A DNA stretch of 64,000 nt from Vitrella brassicaformis CCMP3155 (lineage: Eukaryota > Protista > Chromerida). Made by a program: the position numbers and the translations under genes. Positions 13,314 through 24,452 of this stretch are shown here, piece after piece. The stretch is from positions 62,001 to 126,000 of the forward strand of contig CDMY01000347.1 of the NCBI GenBank assembly GCA_001179505.1, written 5' to 3'. The notes under the pieces are model-generated. The model was not told the origin of the DNA. It did not search any database and was given only the letters and a program-made list of their open reading frames with translations. The stretch's first letter is position 1; each line of letters begins with the position of its first letter.

Positions 13314-15411
13314 CAGGTTCCTCTCTCGGGCGCACGTCGTGGTGACGGACAGGCTGCACGGGCACATTCTCATGACGCTCCTGGTGCGCACATGTCGCAT
13401 CGACACACACACACACACGCACACACACACCTCTCTCTACGTGTCTCTCCCTCTCTCTGTGTGTGTAGGACAAGCCGCATGTGGTGCTGGACAACAAGTA
13501 CAGGAAGCTGGGCAACTACTTGGACACTTGGACTGGGGGTAAGAGATTGATACACCACACACAACGGAGACGCATGGCTGTGCATGATCTCTCTCTCTGT
13601 CTCTCTCTCTCTCTCTGTGTGTGTGTGCAGGGTTGTCGAATGTGCTGTATACGGACAGCCCCGACACAGCCATACACATGGGCGAGTTCATGCTCACCAG
13701 GTGCTCACGGTGCTTTCATGTGTGTGGTGTGTGTGGGCCGTGCTGCGTGCTGTGTCAGTCATGGTGTCTGTGCTCTCATAATGCGCATCTCTGTCTCTCT
13801 CTGTGCGGTGTGCGTGTTCTGTGTGTGTGTGAAGGTATCGGCCAGACGCGGAGTTCTCGCAAGAGCTCTGCTTCAATGACAACGGTGAGCGACACACACA
13901 GACAAACACACACGCACACACTGCATCTCTTTCTGTCTCTCTGTGTGTGTTTTGCCTGTGCAGCCAACCTGAGTGAGGCCTTCTGCTGCAACACCGAGCA
14001 GCAGCAGCAAGCCGACGACACCCCAGCCCTCATAAACCCTCAGAAATGCTTCGTAACCCAACCACACAACCACACACGCGCCCCTCAACACAGTGTCTGT
14101 GTGCTTCTTGTCTGCACACGCAGGGCGGGCCCTACACACGAGAGAAGTGCTGTCCTGACGGGAAGCCGATGGCGGCAGCGGCGCCCTTGACATACAGCAT
14201 GGTGCGGGCCATGGTGGAGGGCACCAGCAGTGCACAAGAACCACAACCACAACCACAACCACAATCGCAATCGCAGAAGCAAGACCAAGACACAGCAGCA
14301 GCAGCAGCAGAAGGGCAACAACAGCAGCAGACAGCGAGGTCAGAGGAGGTTGCTCCCCCTGCCGTGCCGATGGCGTCGCAAGCAGAGCTGAATGCACTGG
14401 GCAGCCGGATGGACACCATCACTGCAAAGGTAAGGACACTACCTCCACCCACCCCACACACCACACCCACAGGCATCATCTATGTCGCTATGTGTGTGTG
14501 TGAAGGTGACCGACGTCGATAAGAAGGAGGGCGACGTCGAGGGCCGAGTCGACAGGCTGGAGAAGTCCTTAGCCGAGCTGGCGGGCACCGTCAAGACGGA
14601 AAAGGGCAAAAGAGAAACCGTCGAGTGAGTGAGTCTCTCTGTCATTCATTCAGCTCGCACCCATCCCCTACCCACCCCATCCCCACAAACCTGTCTGTGT
14701 GTCTGTGTGTCTGTCTGTGTCCATGCCATGTATGTGTCTGCAGGTCGTCTGTGTCTGCGCTCACAGCCGACCTGCAGAAGGTCACGGGCAAAGTCGATGG
14801 TCGGTATACACACACACACACACACAAAGCGCTGTCGACGCAGATTGGTCACACACGTGTATTGTGTTGTGTTGTGTTGTGTGTTGCGCTTGCAGGTTTG
14901 GACAAGAAGCGCCAGACAGACGCAGACAGCGTCAAGGGCGAGGTATAGTATAGAAGGAGACAGACAGACAGACTGACTTACACCCACCCAGTCAGCCAGC
15001 TATCCGTCTGTCTGAGAATCTTGGTGTGTTGTGTGACATCACACATGGGTGGGGTGCAGATCAAGGGCATCAAGCAGCAGATGGAAACTGAGCGCATCGA
15101 AAGGTACGGACGGACCTCTGTTGCTGTTGGTGCTGGTTGGACCCCATTCTCTGTCTGTCTGTCTGTGTCAATCTGGATGACAGAGAGTCGTCTCTCTTCG
15201 CGAAAAACCAGTTCCCCTTCGTCGCAGCCCTCATCGCATGGATCCCTCTCGTACTCGGTGGGTGTCATGGCTGGATGGATGGATGGCTGGCTGGATGGAT
15301 GGATGTGTTCATGTCATGGGTGTTTTGTCTTGTCTTGCAGGTCTGTTCTACTGCTGCTTCCGGCGGAACTCGCAGCACTACACCCTGCTGCCCACCACCA
15401 AGAACGGATGA
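7645..15411 (+). CDS. Type I membrane protein with two tandem polysaccharide pyruvyltransferase (PS_pyruv_trans, Pvg1/EpsI-like) domains
   Basis: Signal peptide MRLRSFCWPWLLVCGCSAVYG. Domain 1 motifs: ENKGDMAI, GGNFND, LPQ, ARDKAS, PDIAFMLG, VVTDRLHGHI, DNVYRKLGNY. Domain 2 motifs: ENKGDMAI, GGNFND, LPQ, ARD, PDIAYMLG, VVTDRLHGHI, DNKYRKLGNY. Linker exons splice in frame; a coiled-coil stalk, TM FPFVAALIAWIPLVLGLFYCCF and tail RRNSQHYTLLPTTKNG* (TGA 15409-15411) follow. Confidence 0.8.
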
Positions 15412-16248
15412 ATGAATGACCGACAGACAGACGGACGGAGGGAGGGAGGGAGGGTGTGAGAGTGGATGAGTGCCGTGCATGGCTCGACTGAGTCTGTCCG
15501 TGTCTGTGTCTTTCCCCCCTCTCTCTCTTTTTGCGTCTATGTGCAATTCGTGCATACCATCGCACAGTGGGCGCAATTCAGACATTCAGACAGACAGACA
15601 GACAGACAGATGGCGGCCTTGTATGTGCGCCGCATGTTTTTGGGTGTCTTGTGTATATGACGATATGGTGGTCTCTCTCTGCTTGCGTGTGTGTGTGTGT
15701 GAGTGCGTGTGTGTCCCTATCCATCCATCCATCCATCCATCCATTCAGGTGTGTTAATTCATTCATTCGTTCATCAGACAGGCAGGTAGCGTAGCGTAGA
15801 CAGCCTCGGTTGATTGGTATGATTGCCCCGGCCTCTCTCTCTGTGCTGGGTGTGAGGATTCAGACCTTGGCCCATTCATTCATCGTGTCCAGTCCACTTC
15901 ACGCACTACCGAGCATGGACAAGCTGGCATTGCCCGCCCAAAGCTGCCGCTTGCGACACACGGCTCCGCTCTTTGGCAAAGACAAAGGCTCCATTTCTAC
16001 GCATTCGCATCCTCCGTAAGGGGAGAATAGATGCACACACAAATTGATCAATTGATTCATGTCCGTCTGGTTGTCATGATCACACCCACACACACAGCCT
16101 CATCGAATCAAGCCGACAATATTGTCAACAACACAAAATGGTTGATCGTCACCCTCTCTCGGCATCACCATAACCAACATACCACACCAACACAAAAACA
16201 CCACCCACTCACTCCACTCGCCGACCGGTCGGTAAGTCAGTCGGACAG

Positions 16249-16515
16249 TCAGCCGGCCTTGAGAATGGCCTTGACCATGTGGCTCCTCACCGCCCCGCCG
16301 TCACTGTAGTGCCCCCCGCCCATCAGGTGTGTGTCAGGGGGCATCGACGGCATCGCGTTGGGGCTATGGACGGCGAAGTCCTTGATGTAGAGGGTCCAGA
16401 AGGTCTTGTAGAAGCGGTAGATCTGCACCTCCCCTGTTGCCTTGAGGTCGGGCAGCTGCCCCTCGCCCCGCTGCAGCTCGCGACGAACCGCCTGCGCGCA
16501 CACACACACACTGCA

Positions 16516-16553
<38 letters not shown>

Positions 16554-16722
16554 TGTGTGCTTTCTGTGCTGCGGCTGTGGGTGCATTCGCGTCGCCTACC
16601 TTGAGGGCTTCAGCGTGCACTCGTTGTGCAAGTTCCTTGGTGAGCAGTGACTCGCTGGTCATGGCCCGGAGGGTGTCCTTGAGGGCGGCTATCACCTTTG
16701 ACTTGCCGTAGACGTCATCCAT
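16249..16722 (-). CDS. TOA2: Transcription initiation factor IIA gamma (small) subunit
   Basis: Two exons (16600-16722, 16249-16491): MDDVYGKSKVIAALKDTLRAM..LTKELAQRV..KAVRREL..ATGEVQIYRFYKTFWTLYIKD matches the TFIIA-gamma pattern (Y..S..G..L..TL..L..I..LA..V / G.L..YRF...WT). The start may lie further upstream. Confidence 0.75.
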
Positions 16723-17061
16723 CGGTGTGGCCGTGAGTGCGATGGATGGACAATAGGCAAGGCAGCAGACACTCCACGCCACACCACGCGACGTGCGAGA
16801 TCTCCTCCTGCAGCAAAACAAACATGCAGCAGGAAGCGATGCATTTGATGATGATGTGCTCACATCGTGTGGCTCTGCTTCACCTGCGTCTGTCTTTCCT
16901 CGGCGGCTTGCGATCTAAGCTCGCAGCTTTCGAGGTGCGTGAGACCGCTCTTTCAGGTGCGTGAGACCCCTCAGGAAGGCGCAGGCGGTCAACAGGTGCG
17001 TCAAAAGAGAAGTCTTTCACACATCTGTCAATTGCATGCACTGTCTTGCCCTTCCCTGCAG
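16723..17061. promoter_or_regulatory. Divergent intergenic region with AAGCTCGCAG (reverse complement of CTGCGAGCTT) at 16917-16926
   Basis: Between TFIIA-gamma (minus) and orphan pseudogene copy 1 (plus); contains the recurrent motif. Confidence 0.45.
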
Positions 17062-18359
17062 ATGTCTGACTTATTCCGCTCACGCCGCCTCGTCTGACGG
17101 CCATTGCCAGCCACCCCGTCGGCAATGAGATCCTCGGCTTCACCATTAAGGCCATCGAGGAGAGCGGCACACTTCGACTCATCAACAGACGCGACTTCCA
17201 CCGACAGCTCGTCGACCGCACCTTCTTCCAGCGTTGGATTGGTGAGCAGCACCCGGCGGCTCTCCGCGCATTCATCGTCTTCGAGGTGCGTCGCGAGGCC
17301 AATATCCTCTTCGTGGCGATGTGCCTGGTGAGGGATGGCGGCAGATGGGACGACTGGCCTGACTATCTGAGCGTGCTGTCGGCTGCCCGTGAGGTGACGC
17401 TGCCGATCCGCATCACCGATGCCGACGTGGAGCTGCTGCGGGCGTCTGTGCCCCGCCTGGTCCGGCGGCTCAAGACCAGGGACCGTGACGACCTGAAAAA
17501 TCATCAGCACGAGTGGCTGCAGCCGCGCTTTGGCCCCAACGTGCGGCGCATCATCGTCCGTCAGGATGAGCAGCAGTAGGCGACGGCGCGACTGAGCGGC
17601 ATCGGACGGCCGTCGCGTTTCGTGATTGATTGGGAGGGAACAGTGTTCCGGGTCTCCAACAACCACTATTGCCGCGATGTGCTGCTTCGCGACTTCGCCT
17701 GCCGTCAGTCCATCCGCATCGGACTCCGATTCTCATTCCGCAGCCCGCCATCGCCCCCGCCCAATGGTGTCTGTCTGAGTGTGCTGCAGTTCCTCGCCAA
17801 CCAGGCCCGGCCCCTCACACCCACATACACAACTTACCTCGAGAGACCGCCAGCTGCAACCCAATACACACATACTGCCGCGACGATAACGGTGAAGGGG
17901 CCATATGTCTACGTCCTGCCTGAGGGCGACGATGGCCCTCCGTGCGTCGTGTCCCTGCTCAGAGAGTTCCAGCTCTCCCCGCCTACTGGTGCCACTCTCG
18001 ACATGGTCATGACGAGCCTGATCAGCCCCCACCAATGGCAAGACAGCCCCGTCGACCATCGCCGCCATCTCGAGTCACACGACCTCGCCTTCGTCCCACC
18101 GACGTCGGTGCTGGCCAGTGCTGAGGCATTGCCTGATGGTGTGGAGCGCATCGCCTCGCCGGCTGGGGCTGGTACTGTGAGTGTGGCGCCCGTCTTGTCG
18201 TTCATCGGCGACCAGCTCAACACCAACGGCCGTCCGCTGGTGCACCAGGGCGTGACGGACCTGCTGACATTCGTCAGTCAGCTGGGAGGGTCCTTCCCTC
18301 AGGACGGCGTGACGGTGGAGAAGTGCTTCCTGATGTACAGACCGGAGGCCATTGAATGA
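17062..18359 (+). pseudogene. Disabled paralog 1 of an orphan lineage-specific family (possible F-box-like N-terminus)
   Basis: Homologous to 20827-22110. It has a 1-nt deletion just after the ATG and an in-frame TAG at 17577-17579 where paralog 2 has CAG; the downstream ORF 17622-18359 continues the alignment. Confidence 0.65.
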
Positions 18360-18931
18360 GGGGGCGGGGCAGGGGAGGGGGGAAGGGAGGGGCCTTGACG
18401 GTCGGTTTAGTTGCCCATTCGTTTCCTTCTTTGGAATGATGACGCTTTCGTTGGAAATGGTTGACACATAAATGGATGGATATCTGTCAGCTCAAATGCG
18501 TATCCATCCCCTCCCCTTCACACATACGCACAAAAAGACAGAGAAGCACTGACAGCAAAGGAGCCTTACAACGATCAAGAACGACACACACACATAAAGC
18601 GCATGGCATACAGACAGAAAGAAGACAGACAGACAGATCGACCTACGCACATTGCGTACTTCCTTACACACACGGATCCTTGTCCCTCCCCTTTGAGCCA
18701 TTGATGTCGACTCAATCGAACCATTGAGGCACCGCACCCACAAAACCACTGACTACCTCGTATCTACATCAAATGTCAGCTCGACAGGAGGAAAGTGGCT
18801 GACAGACACGAACACCCCCGCACCACGCAACACTCAACAGAGGCACTTGAACAAACATGCGCCCATCCATCCATCCATTCATCCATCCATCTGCACATCA
18901 CTCACTTCATGCTCCCGTCCTTCCCTCCCCC

Positions 18932-19231
18932 NNNNNNNNNNNNNNNNNNNNNNNNNNNNNNNNNNNNNNNNNNNNNNNNNNNNNNNNNNNNNNNNNNNNN
19001 NNNNNNNNNNNNNNNNNNNNNNNNNNNNNNNNNNNNNNNNNNNNNNNNNNNNNNNNNNNNNNNNNNNNNNNNNNNNNNNNNNNNNNNNNNNNNNNNNNNN
19101 NNNNNNNNNNNNNNNNNNNNNNNNNNNNNNNNNNNNNNNNNNNNNNNNNNNNNNNNNNNNNNNNNNNNNNNNNNNNNNNNNNNNNNNNNNNNNNNNNNNN
19201 NNNNNNNNNNNNNNNNNNNNNNNNNNNNNNN
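18932..19231. other. Assembly gap (300 N)
   Basis: Run of exactly 300 N flanked by poly-C. Confidence 0.99.
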
Positions 19232-19295
19232 CCCCCCCCCACCCCTCGCCCATCTCGCTCTTCGTGTATTGGCCGCATACACACCACACGCCCAA

Positions 19296-20251
19296 CTACG
19301 CCGCAAAGCGGGTGACAACCATGGGCGTATCGGAACAAGTCACCGGCTGGTTGTTCGGCACTGGCGGCCTGGCCTGCTCTACTTCGACAAGGACGCCATC
19401 CTGTCGGAGCCACCATTGGTCGCTGCCCTCTGATCGGCCGTGGCTGGCTGCTCCATCTCCGGCCGCCACATCCGCTGCGGTGGGCGCCGGGGGACTGGTC
19501 GACGCCTCCCCGCTCTCTTCATCGTGCGTCGACTCCTGCCCGTCGAAGTGGATGGTAATGGTGTTGCGCCAGAGCTTGTAGGTCGTGAGCCTACAGAGAG
19601 AAGCAGATGCAACAAACAAACAGAAGCCGGATGCCAATCAAGCTCACGCCGTGTTCAAGGAGATTCGATGTACCTGCCGCTAATAGACTTGCGGGCGGCG
19701 TCGAAAGCGCCGGTCAAGTCCACACGGCGGCTCCCGCACCTGCCCTCTCTTGTCTCGCACCACGACACGAGTCCAGTAGCCATGTTGTAAAAGCCTTCAA
19801 TCTTGAACTCGGCTGCGGCTCCGTCATCGCCTCTGCCCGTCACAGTGCCGTCGTGCCCGAATGTGAGCAGGTATTTGATCGGGGCTGTCTCGTCTTTCTC
19901 CACGGACTCGGAGGTCTCGAGAATTTTTCCTTCCTCGGTGCCGCGCCATACGCCAGACGAAGGTGGTGTGACGGTCGGTGTCGGGTTGATGCGCCTCTCT
20001 CGGCTGTAGTCGAGCCAAATGTTCCTGCACCTCAGGACACCCGGATAGACGACGTGCACGAGGATGATTTCGACGAGGGCGCCAACTAGAAGCCAAACTT
20101 TCCATGAGTCCATGGGGTCATCACTCGAGAATCCTCTCAACCGGCGGCCCTCATGCGCGTCAGCAAGAGTCAGGATGGTCGACAGAAGCACCGCTGCAGT
20201 GGGCAGCACCGACGAGGACAGACGGGGACGGGAAGAGAGCAGACTCGCCAT
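19296..20251 (-). CDS. Orphan membrane protein (signal peptide, TM helix, beta-rich domain)
   Basis: Two exons joined in phase 2 (SISG-R-LTTYKLW). It has N-terminal hydrophobic AAVLLSTILTLADA, TM VWLLVGALVEIILVHVVYPGVL and a beta-strand-rich region SGVWRG..YLLTFGHDGTVTGRGDD..FKIEGFYN..WCE. Confidence 0.6.
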
Positions 20252-20826
20252 TTCTTCGACCTTGGACAGATTCCTTCAGCGATGATGCAGATGAGCTTCT
20301 TGGAGCTGCAACCGCCTCAAGACAGAGGTAGACGGGGTAGCACAGAGACAGCTAGAGAACAGAGAGGTAAGAGAGAGAGGTAAGAGAAGTCAGAGAGGTG
20401 AGAGAAGTCAGAGAGGTGGCGAGGAGATGGAGATGGGACGAAGATTAGGCAGATCCAGGTGTCACTGACTAGAGGCTCATACGGTTAGATCGCAGGCAGA
20501 TACGGTTCGCCTGATGGCCCTTGACCCACTGGCAGGAGCGAGGCTCCGCGGGCGTTATCAACGTTGATAGGAATAACGCCCAAGGATCGTCGCTCTTGCA
20601 AGAGGAGGCAAGGCCATCGTCGCCTCGGACCACGAGGGTTTGTGGAAGCTCGCATCAGTATGCAAGGGTGCGACATGAAACCGCTGCTGCAAGGAAACTG
20701 TGCAGGTTGCGTGCGTTCCCCCACCTGACTTGAAGCCCACAGGTCCATGCAGGTGCATCAATCAAAAGAGAGAGAAGTCTTTCACACATCTGTCAATTGC
20801 ATGCACTGTCTTTCCCTTCCCTGCAG

Positions 20827-22110
20827 ATGTCCTACTCTCTCCCGCTCACGCCGCCTCGTCTGACGGCCATTGCCAGCCACCCCGTCGGCAATGAGATCCT
20901 CGGCTTCACCATTAAGGCCATCAAAGAGAGCGGCCCACTTCGGCTCATCAACAGACGCGACTTCCACCGACAGCTCGTCAACCGCACCTTCTTCCAGCGG
21001 TGGATTGATGAGCGGCACCCGGCGGCTCTCCGCGCATTCATCGTCTTCGACGTGCGCCGCGAGGCCAACATCCTGTTCGTGGCGATGTGCCTCGTGAGGG
21101 ATGGCGGCAGGTGGGACATCTGGCCTGACTATCTGAGTGTGCTGTCGGCTGCCCGTGAGGTGACACTGCCGATCCGCATCACCGATGCCGACGTGGGAGT
21201 CGCTGCGCGACTCAATGCCCCACCTTGTCTGGCGGCTCAAGAGGACTTGTGGCAATCGCGACAATACTCGGCACGAGTGGCTGCAGCCGCGCTTTGGCCC
21301 CAACGCGCGGCGCATCATCGTCCGTCAGGATGAGCAGTGGCAGGCGATTACGCGACGGAGCGGCATCGGACGGCCACCGCGATTCGTCACGGAGAGAGCA
21401 TTATTCTTGGCCAGGTGCAACCGATACGGCACGGATGTGCTGTTTCGCGACTTCGCCTGCCGTCAGTCCATCCTCGTCGGCCTCCGATTCTCGTTTCGCA
21501 GCCCGGCATCGCCCCCGCCGAATGCCTGACTGTGCTGCGGTTCCTCGCCAACCAGGCCCGGCCCCTCACACCCACATACGCAGCACACCTCGAGAGGCCA
21601 CCAGCTCCAACCCAATACGGCGCCGCGGAGAGAGGTTTTTCTTCCCCATGGGTTTGGGTGCTGCCTGAGGGCGACGATGGCCCTCCGTGCGTCGTGTCCC
21701 TTTGCATACGGGTCCAGCTCTCCCCGCCTACTGGTGCCACTCTCGACATGGTCATGACGAGCCTGATCAGCCCCCAGCAGTGGCAAGACAGCCCCGTCGA
21801 CTATCCCCGTGATCTCGAGGGCCAATGTCGTTTCGGGGTCAAACCGACGTCGGTGGTGGCCAGTGCCGAGGCCTTGCCCGACGGTGTGGAGCGCATCGCC
21901 TCGCCGGCTGGGGCTGGTACTGTCAGTGTGGCGCCGGTCTTGTCGTTCATCGGCGAGCAGCTCAACACCAACGGCCGTCGGCTAGTGCACCAGGGGGTGA
22001 TCGACCTGCTGACATTCGTCAATCAGCTGGGAGGGACATTTCCTCAGGACGGCGTGACAGTCGAGAGATGTTTCCTGCTGTACAGACCAGAGGCCATCGC
22101 AGACTTTTAG
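20827..22110 (+). pseudogene. Disabled paralog 2 of the same orphan family
   Basis: MSYSLPLTPPRLTAIASHPVGNEILGF... aligns to paralog 1. There is a +1 G insertion near 21196 (GTGGGAG vs GTGGAG) and a short frameshifting deletion near 21525. The 5' intron acceptor region is shared with paralog 1. Confidence 0.65.
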
Positions 22111-22554
22111 TTGCTTCTATGCTGCAGAGGGGGAGGGTGAGAGTCTCGATGATCGGTTTAGTTGCCTGTGTGTGTGTATGTGTGTGTGTATGTGTGTGGG
22201 AAGGCTTTTTTGGCTGTGGTGGCGCTTTCGTCGAGTCAAATGGAGGGACGAGGGGATGCGTTAATGGATTCAGTCAGTCGCCCGTGTGTGAGTGCGAAAT
22301 GAAGCGTCTTGGCGATTTAATTTGCGTGGCTCGAATGAGACTTGCTTATGCCCTTTCAATGTGTGCCATCTAGCGTGAGACGAATGTGCCGGCACTGTGG
22401 CGCAAGTCATGCCCACAGTCAGTCCGTACTCAACCCTTCACCGCACACATGCAAGCAGGAGGTCGATAATCATGCACACACTCATAGGCTATCTTCCCCT
22501 CCTCTATCCATCCATCCATCCACCGATCTCCGGCCATGCATGGCTATCGTCTCG

Positions 22555-23971
22555 TCACTGCACCTCCGCTCCCTCCACCCTGTCTACGCCTCCTGCTGAT
22601 GCTGCTGCTGCTGCTGGTGGCTGTGGCTGGAGGAATGGGTGTTGCAGCACCTGCGATGCGCTCGGACGCTTCTCGGGGTCGTACTCCCACAAACTAAAGA
22701 CACAGGAGGCAGGCAGGCAGGCAGGCAGGCAATGCAGACATGGCAGCGTGTGCGTGCATGAGTACCTACCTCCATATGAGGTCGGCCATGTCGGTGTGTA
22801 TGTCGGGGAACCGCTCCTTGAATGCCTCCACCGACGGCACCTCACACGCCTCGTCCTTGTTCCCATACTGCACACACCCATCCATCCATCCATCCATGCA
22901 CCATCTCACTTGCACCATAACGTGTCTCACCCACCTCGAGCATCGACCCCTTGAAGCTGACCATCCTATCGAGGGCGCGGAAGGTCCCCACACCCCTCAC
23001 GCCATGCATCCGCTGCAGGTCGGCGAGCTCCTGCATGTCCGGCAGGAAGGGCGAGGGCTGCCCAGTGGCCATGCAGAACAGCACACACCCCGCCGAGAAC
23101 ATGTCGGCCTTGCTCGACGGCTGCTGCTGCTGGCCCTGCCAACAGACGGGACCGATCAGCACCTCGGGCGCATGCTGGCCGAGCGTCCCTGACATACATG
23201 AGAAAAACGAGACAGTGGCATGGTGGTGTGTGTTGTGTTGTGTTGTGGTGTGGTGTACCCATGTAGTCGCGCCATGGGATGGCGTGCTTATCCTTGGCGG
23301 CCCACGCGAAGTCACACAGCAGCACACCCGCTATCCTCCCCCTGCTACCCCCCTCTCCCTCCCCCTCCCCCCTCTCCAAATTGAGCAGGACATTGGCCGC
23401 ATTCACGTCGCGATGCGTGACTCCTTTGCCGTGGACGTGCTGCAGTGCCGACATCAGCCCGCGGGTCACCACGCGCTGCTCGTCGACCTGCAGGGGGCCG
23501 TGGCTGTTGACGTGTTGTTCGAGGTCGGTGTGTGCGAGGGGCATGACGAGGTGGATGAAGCCGTCCTTCTTGTAGGCGTTGAGGCACTGGATGATGTTGG
23601 GGTGCGGCACCGGGTTGCTATTCGTGCCAGCACCACGGGGGAGATGCTGCACGTACTGCAACAACAGAAACCGCCAGAGGGAACAACCATCCATCCATCC
23701 ATCCGGCCATCCGGCCATCCGGCCATCCGGCCATCCGTCCATCAATCCCGTGTACCTGGTGAGCTGCCACCTCCTGGTGAGCCTTGGCGATGTCATCCTC
23801 CCCCTTCGCCGCTATCTTCTTCACCACGAGTGTGAACACCGGCACCGGCGCACGCGAGTCGTCACCGCCGGCAGCAGACGAGGATGTGTCGGCATACTTG
23901 GCACGATAGAGGGTGCCGTGGCGGCCTTCAAAGAAGGCGTGCTCCTCGAAAATGTACTCGGGGGGTGGCAT
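22555..23971 (-). CDS. Atypical Ser/Thr protein kinase (CMGC/CDK-like features)
   Basis: Five exons: EGRHGTLY (Gly loop), LVVKK, HQEV, HPNIIQCL, HRDVNAAN, CDFA, GTLGQHAPE, ADMFSAGC, LWEYDPEKRPSASQVLQHPF; stop at 22555. Confidence 0.85.
23693..23737. repeat. Intronic (CCAT)n array converting to (ATCCGGCC)4
   Basis: Seen directly in the first kinase intron. Confidence 0.8.
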
Positions 23972-24452
23972 CGCTTGATGCGCTTTGCAATGACGGCTAT
24001 CTGTTTTACACCATGGGAGGGCAACCTACCACAGCGGCATGACAAAAGACTGTTTGGCTGTCATGTCCACCGCAATTTCACTCTGCGAGCTCGGATCGGC
24101 AAGGCTGCGCGCTTAGCTGTCGCGGAGCGCTGCTGGGCTTGGCGAGGGCCTTGTGGCTGCGTGCATTCAGGCGCTGCTGCAGATCTTGACCCTCGCGAGG
24201 CAGATCTCGGTCCGTCGGCCTTCGCCGCGTCAGCCCATCCCATCCCTCCCATCCCGGTGACCCTTCCTCCGAAGGCTCGAGCGCAGCCTTCCTCTCATCT
24301 GGCGCCGCTCGTGTGACCGGCGCCCTTTCACCGTGCTGCCGAGTTTTCAACCCGCCGCCGTCCCTGCCCCACTCAGGGACGGCGCCCTTGTTTTCTTCCC
24401 CTTCAAGCCTCCCTAACACACGCCCACAGCGGGGGGAGGGAAGCAGGCAGGG
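23972..24452. promoter_or_regulatory. Putative bidirectional promoter with TGCGAGCT at 24084-24091
   Basis: Between the divergent kinase and AdoMetDC-ODC ATGs; contains the recurrent motif. Confidence 0.5.

Noticed and set aside
17031-17042. TGCATGCA, a known ApiAP2-type motif (also near 20797)
   Set aside because: Lies in an intron acceptor region, and TGCATG-like words are common throughout the simple-sequence background.
17028-17666. 212-aa minus ORF and its counterpart at 20782-21318
   Set aside because: Antisense to the orphan paralogs; conservation is explained by the plus-strand duplication.
18724-19433. ORFs spanning the second N gap
   Set aside because: Artefacts of the gap.
24013-24116. 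Short ATG-initiated ORFs upstream of AdoMetDC as possible polyamine-responsive uORFs
   Set aside because: No recognisable uORF peptide, and they lie on or upstream of the promoter motif (24084-24091), so they are probably not in the mRNA.
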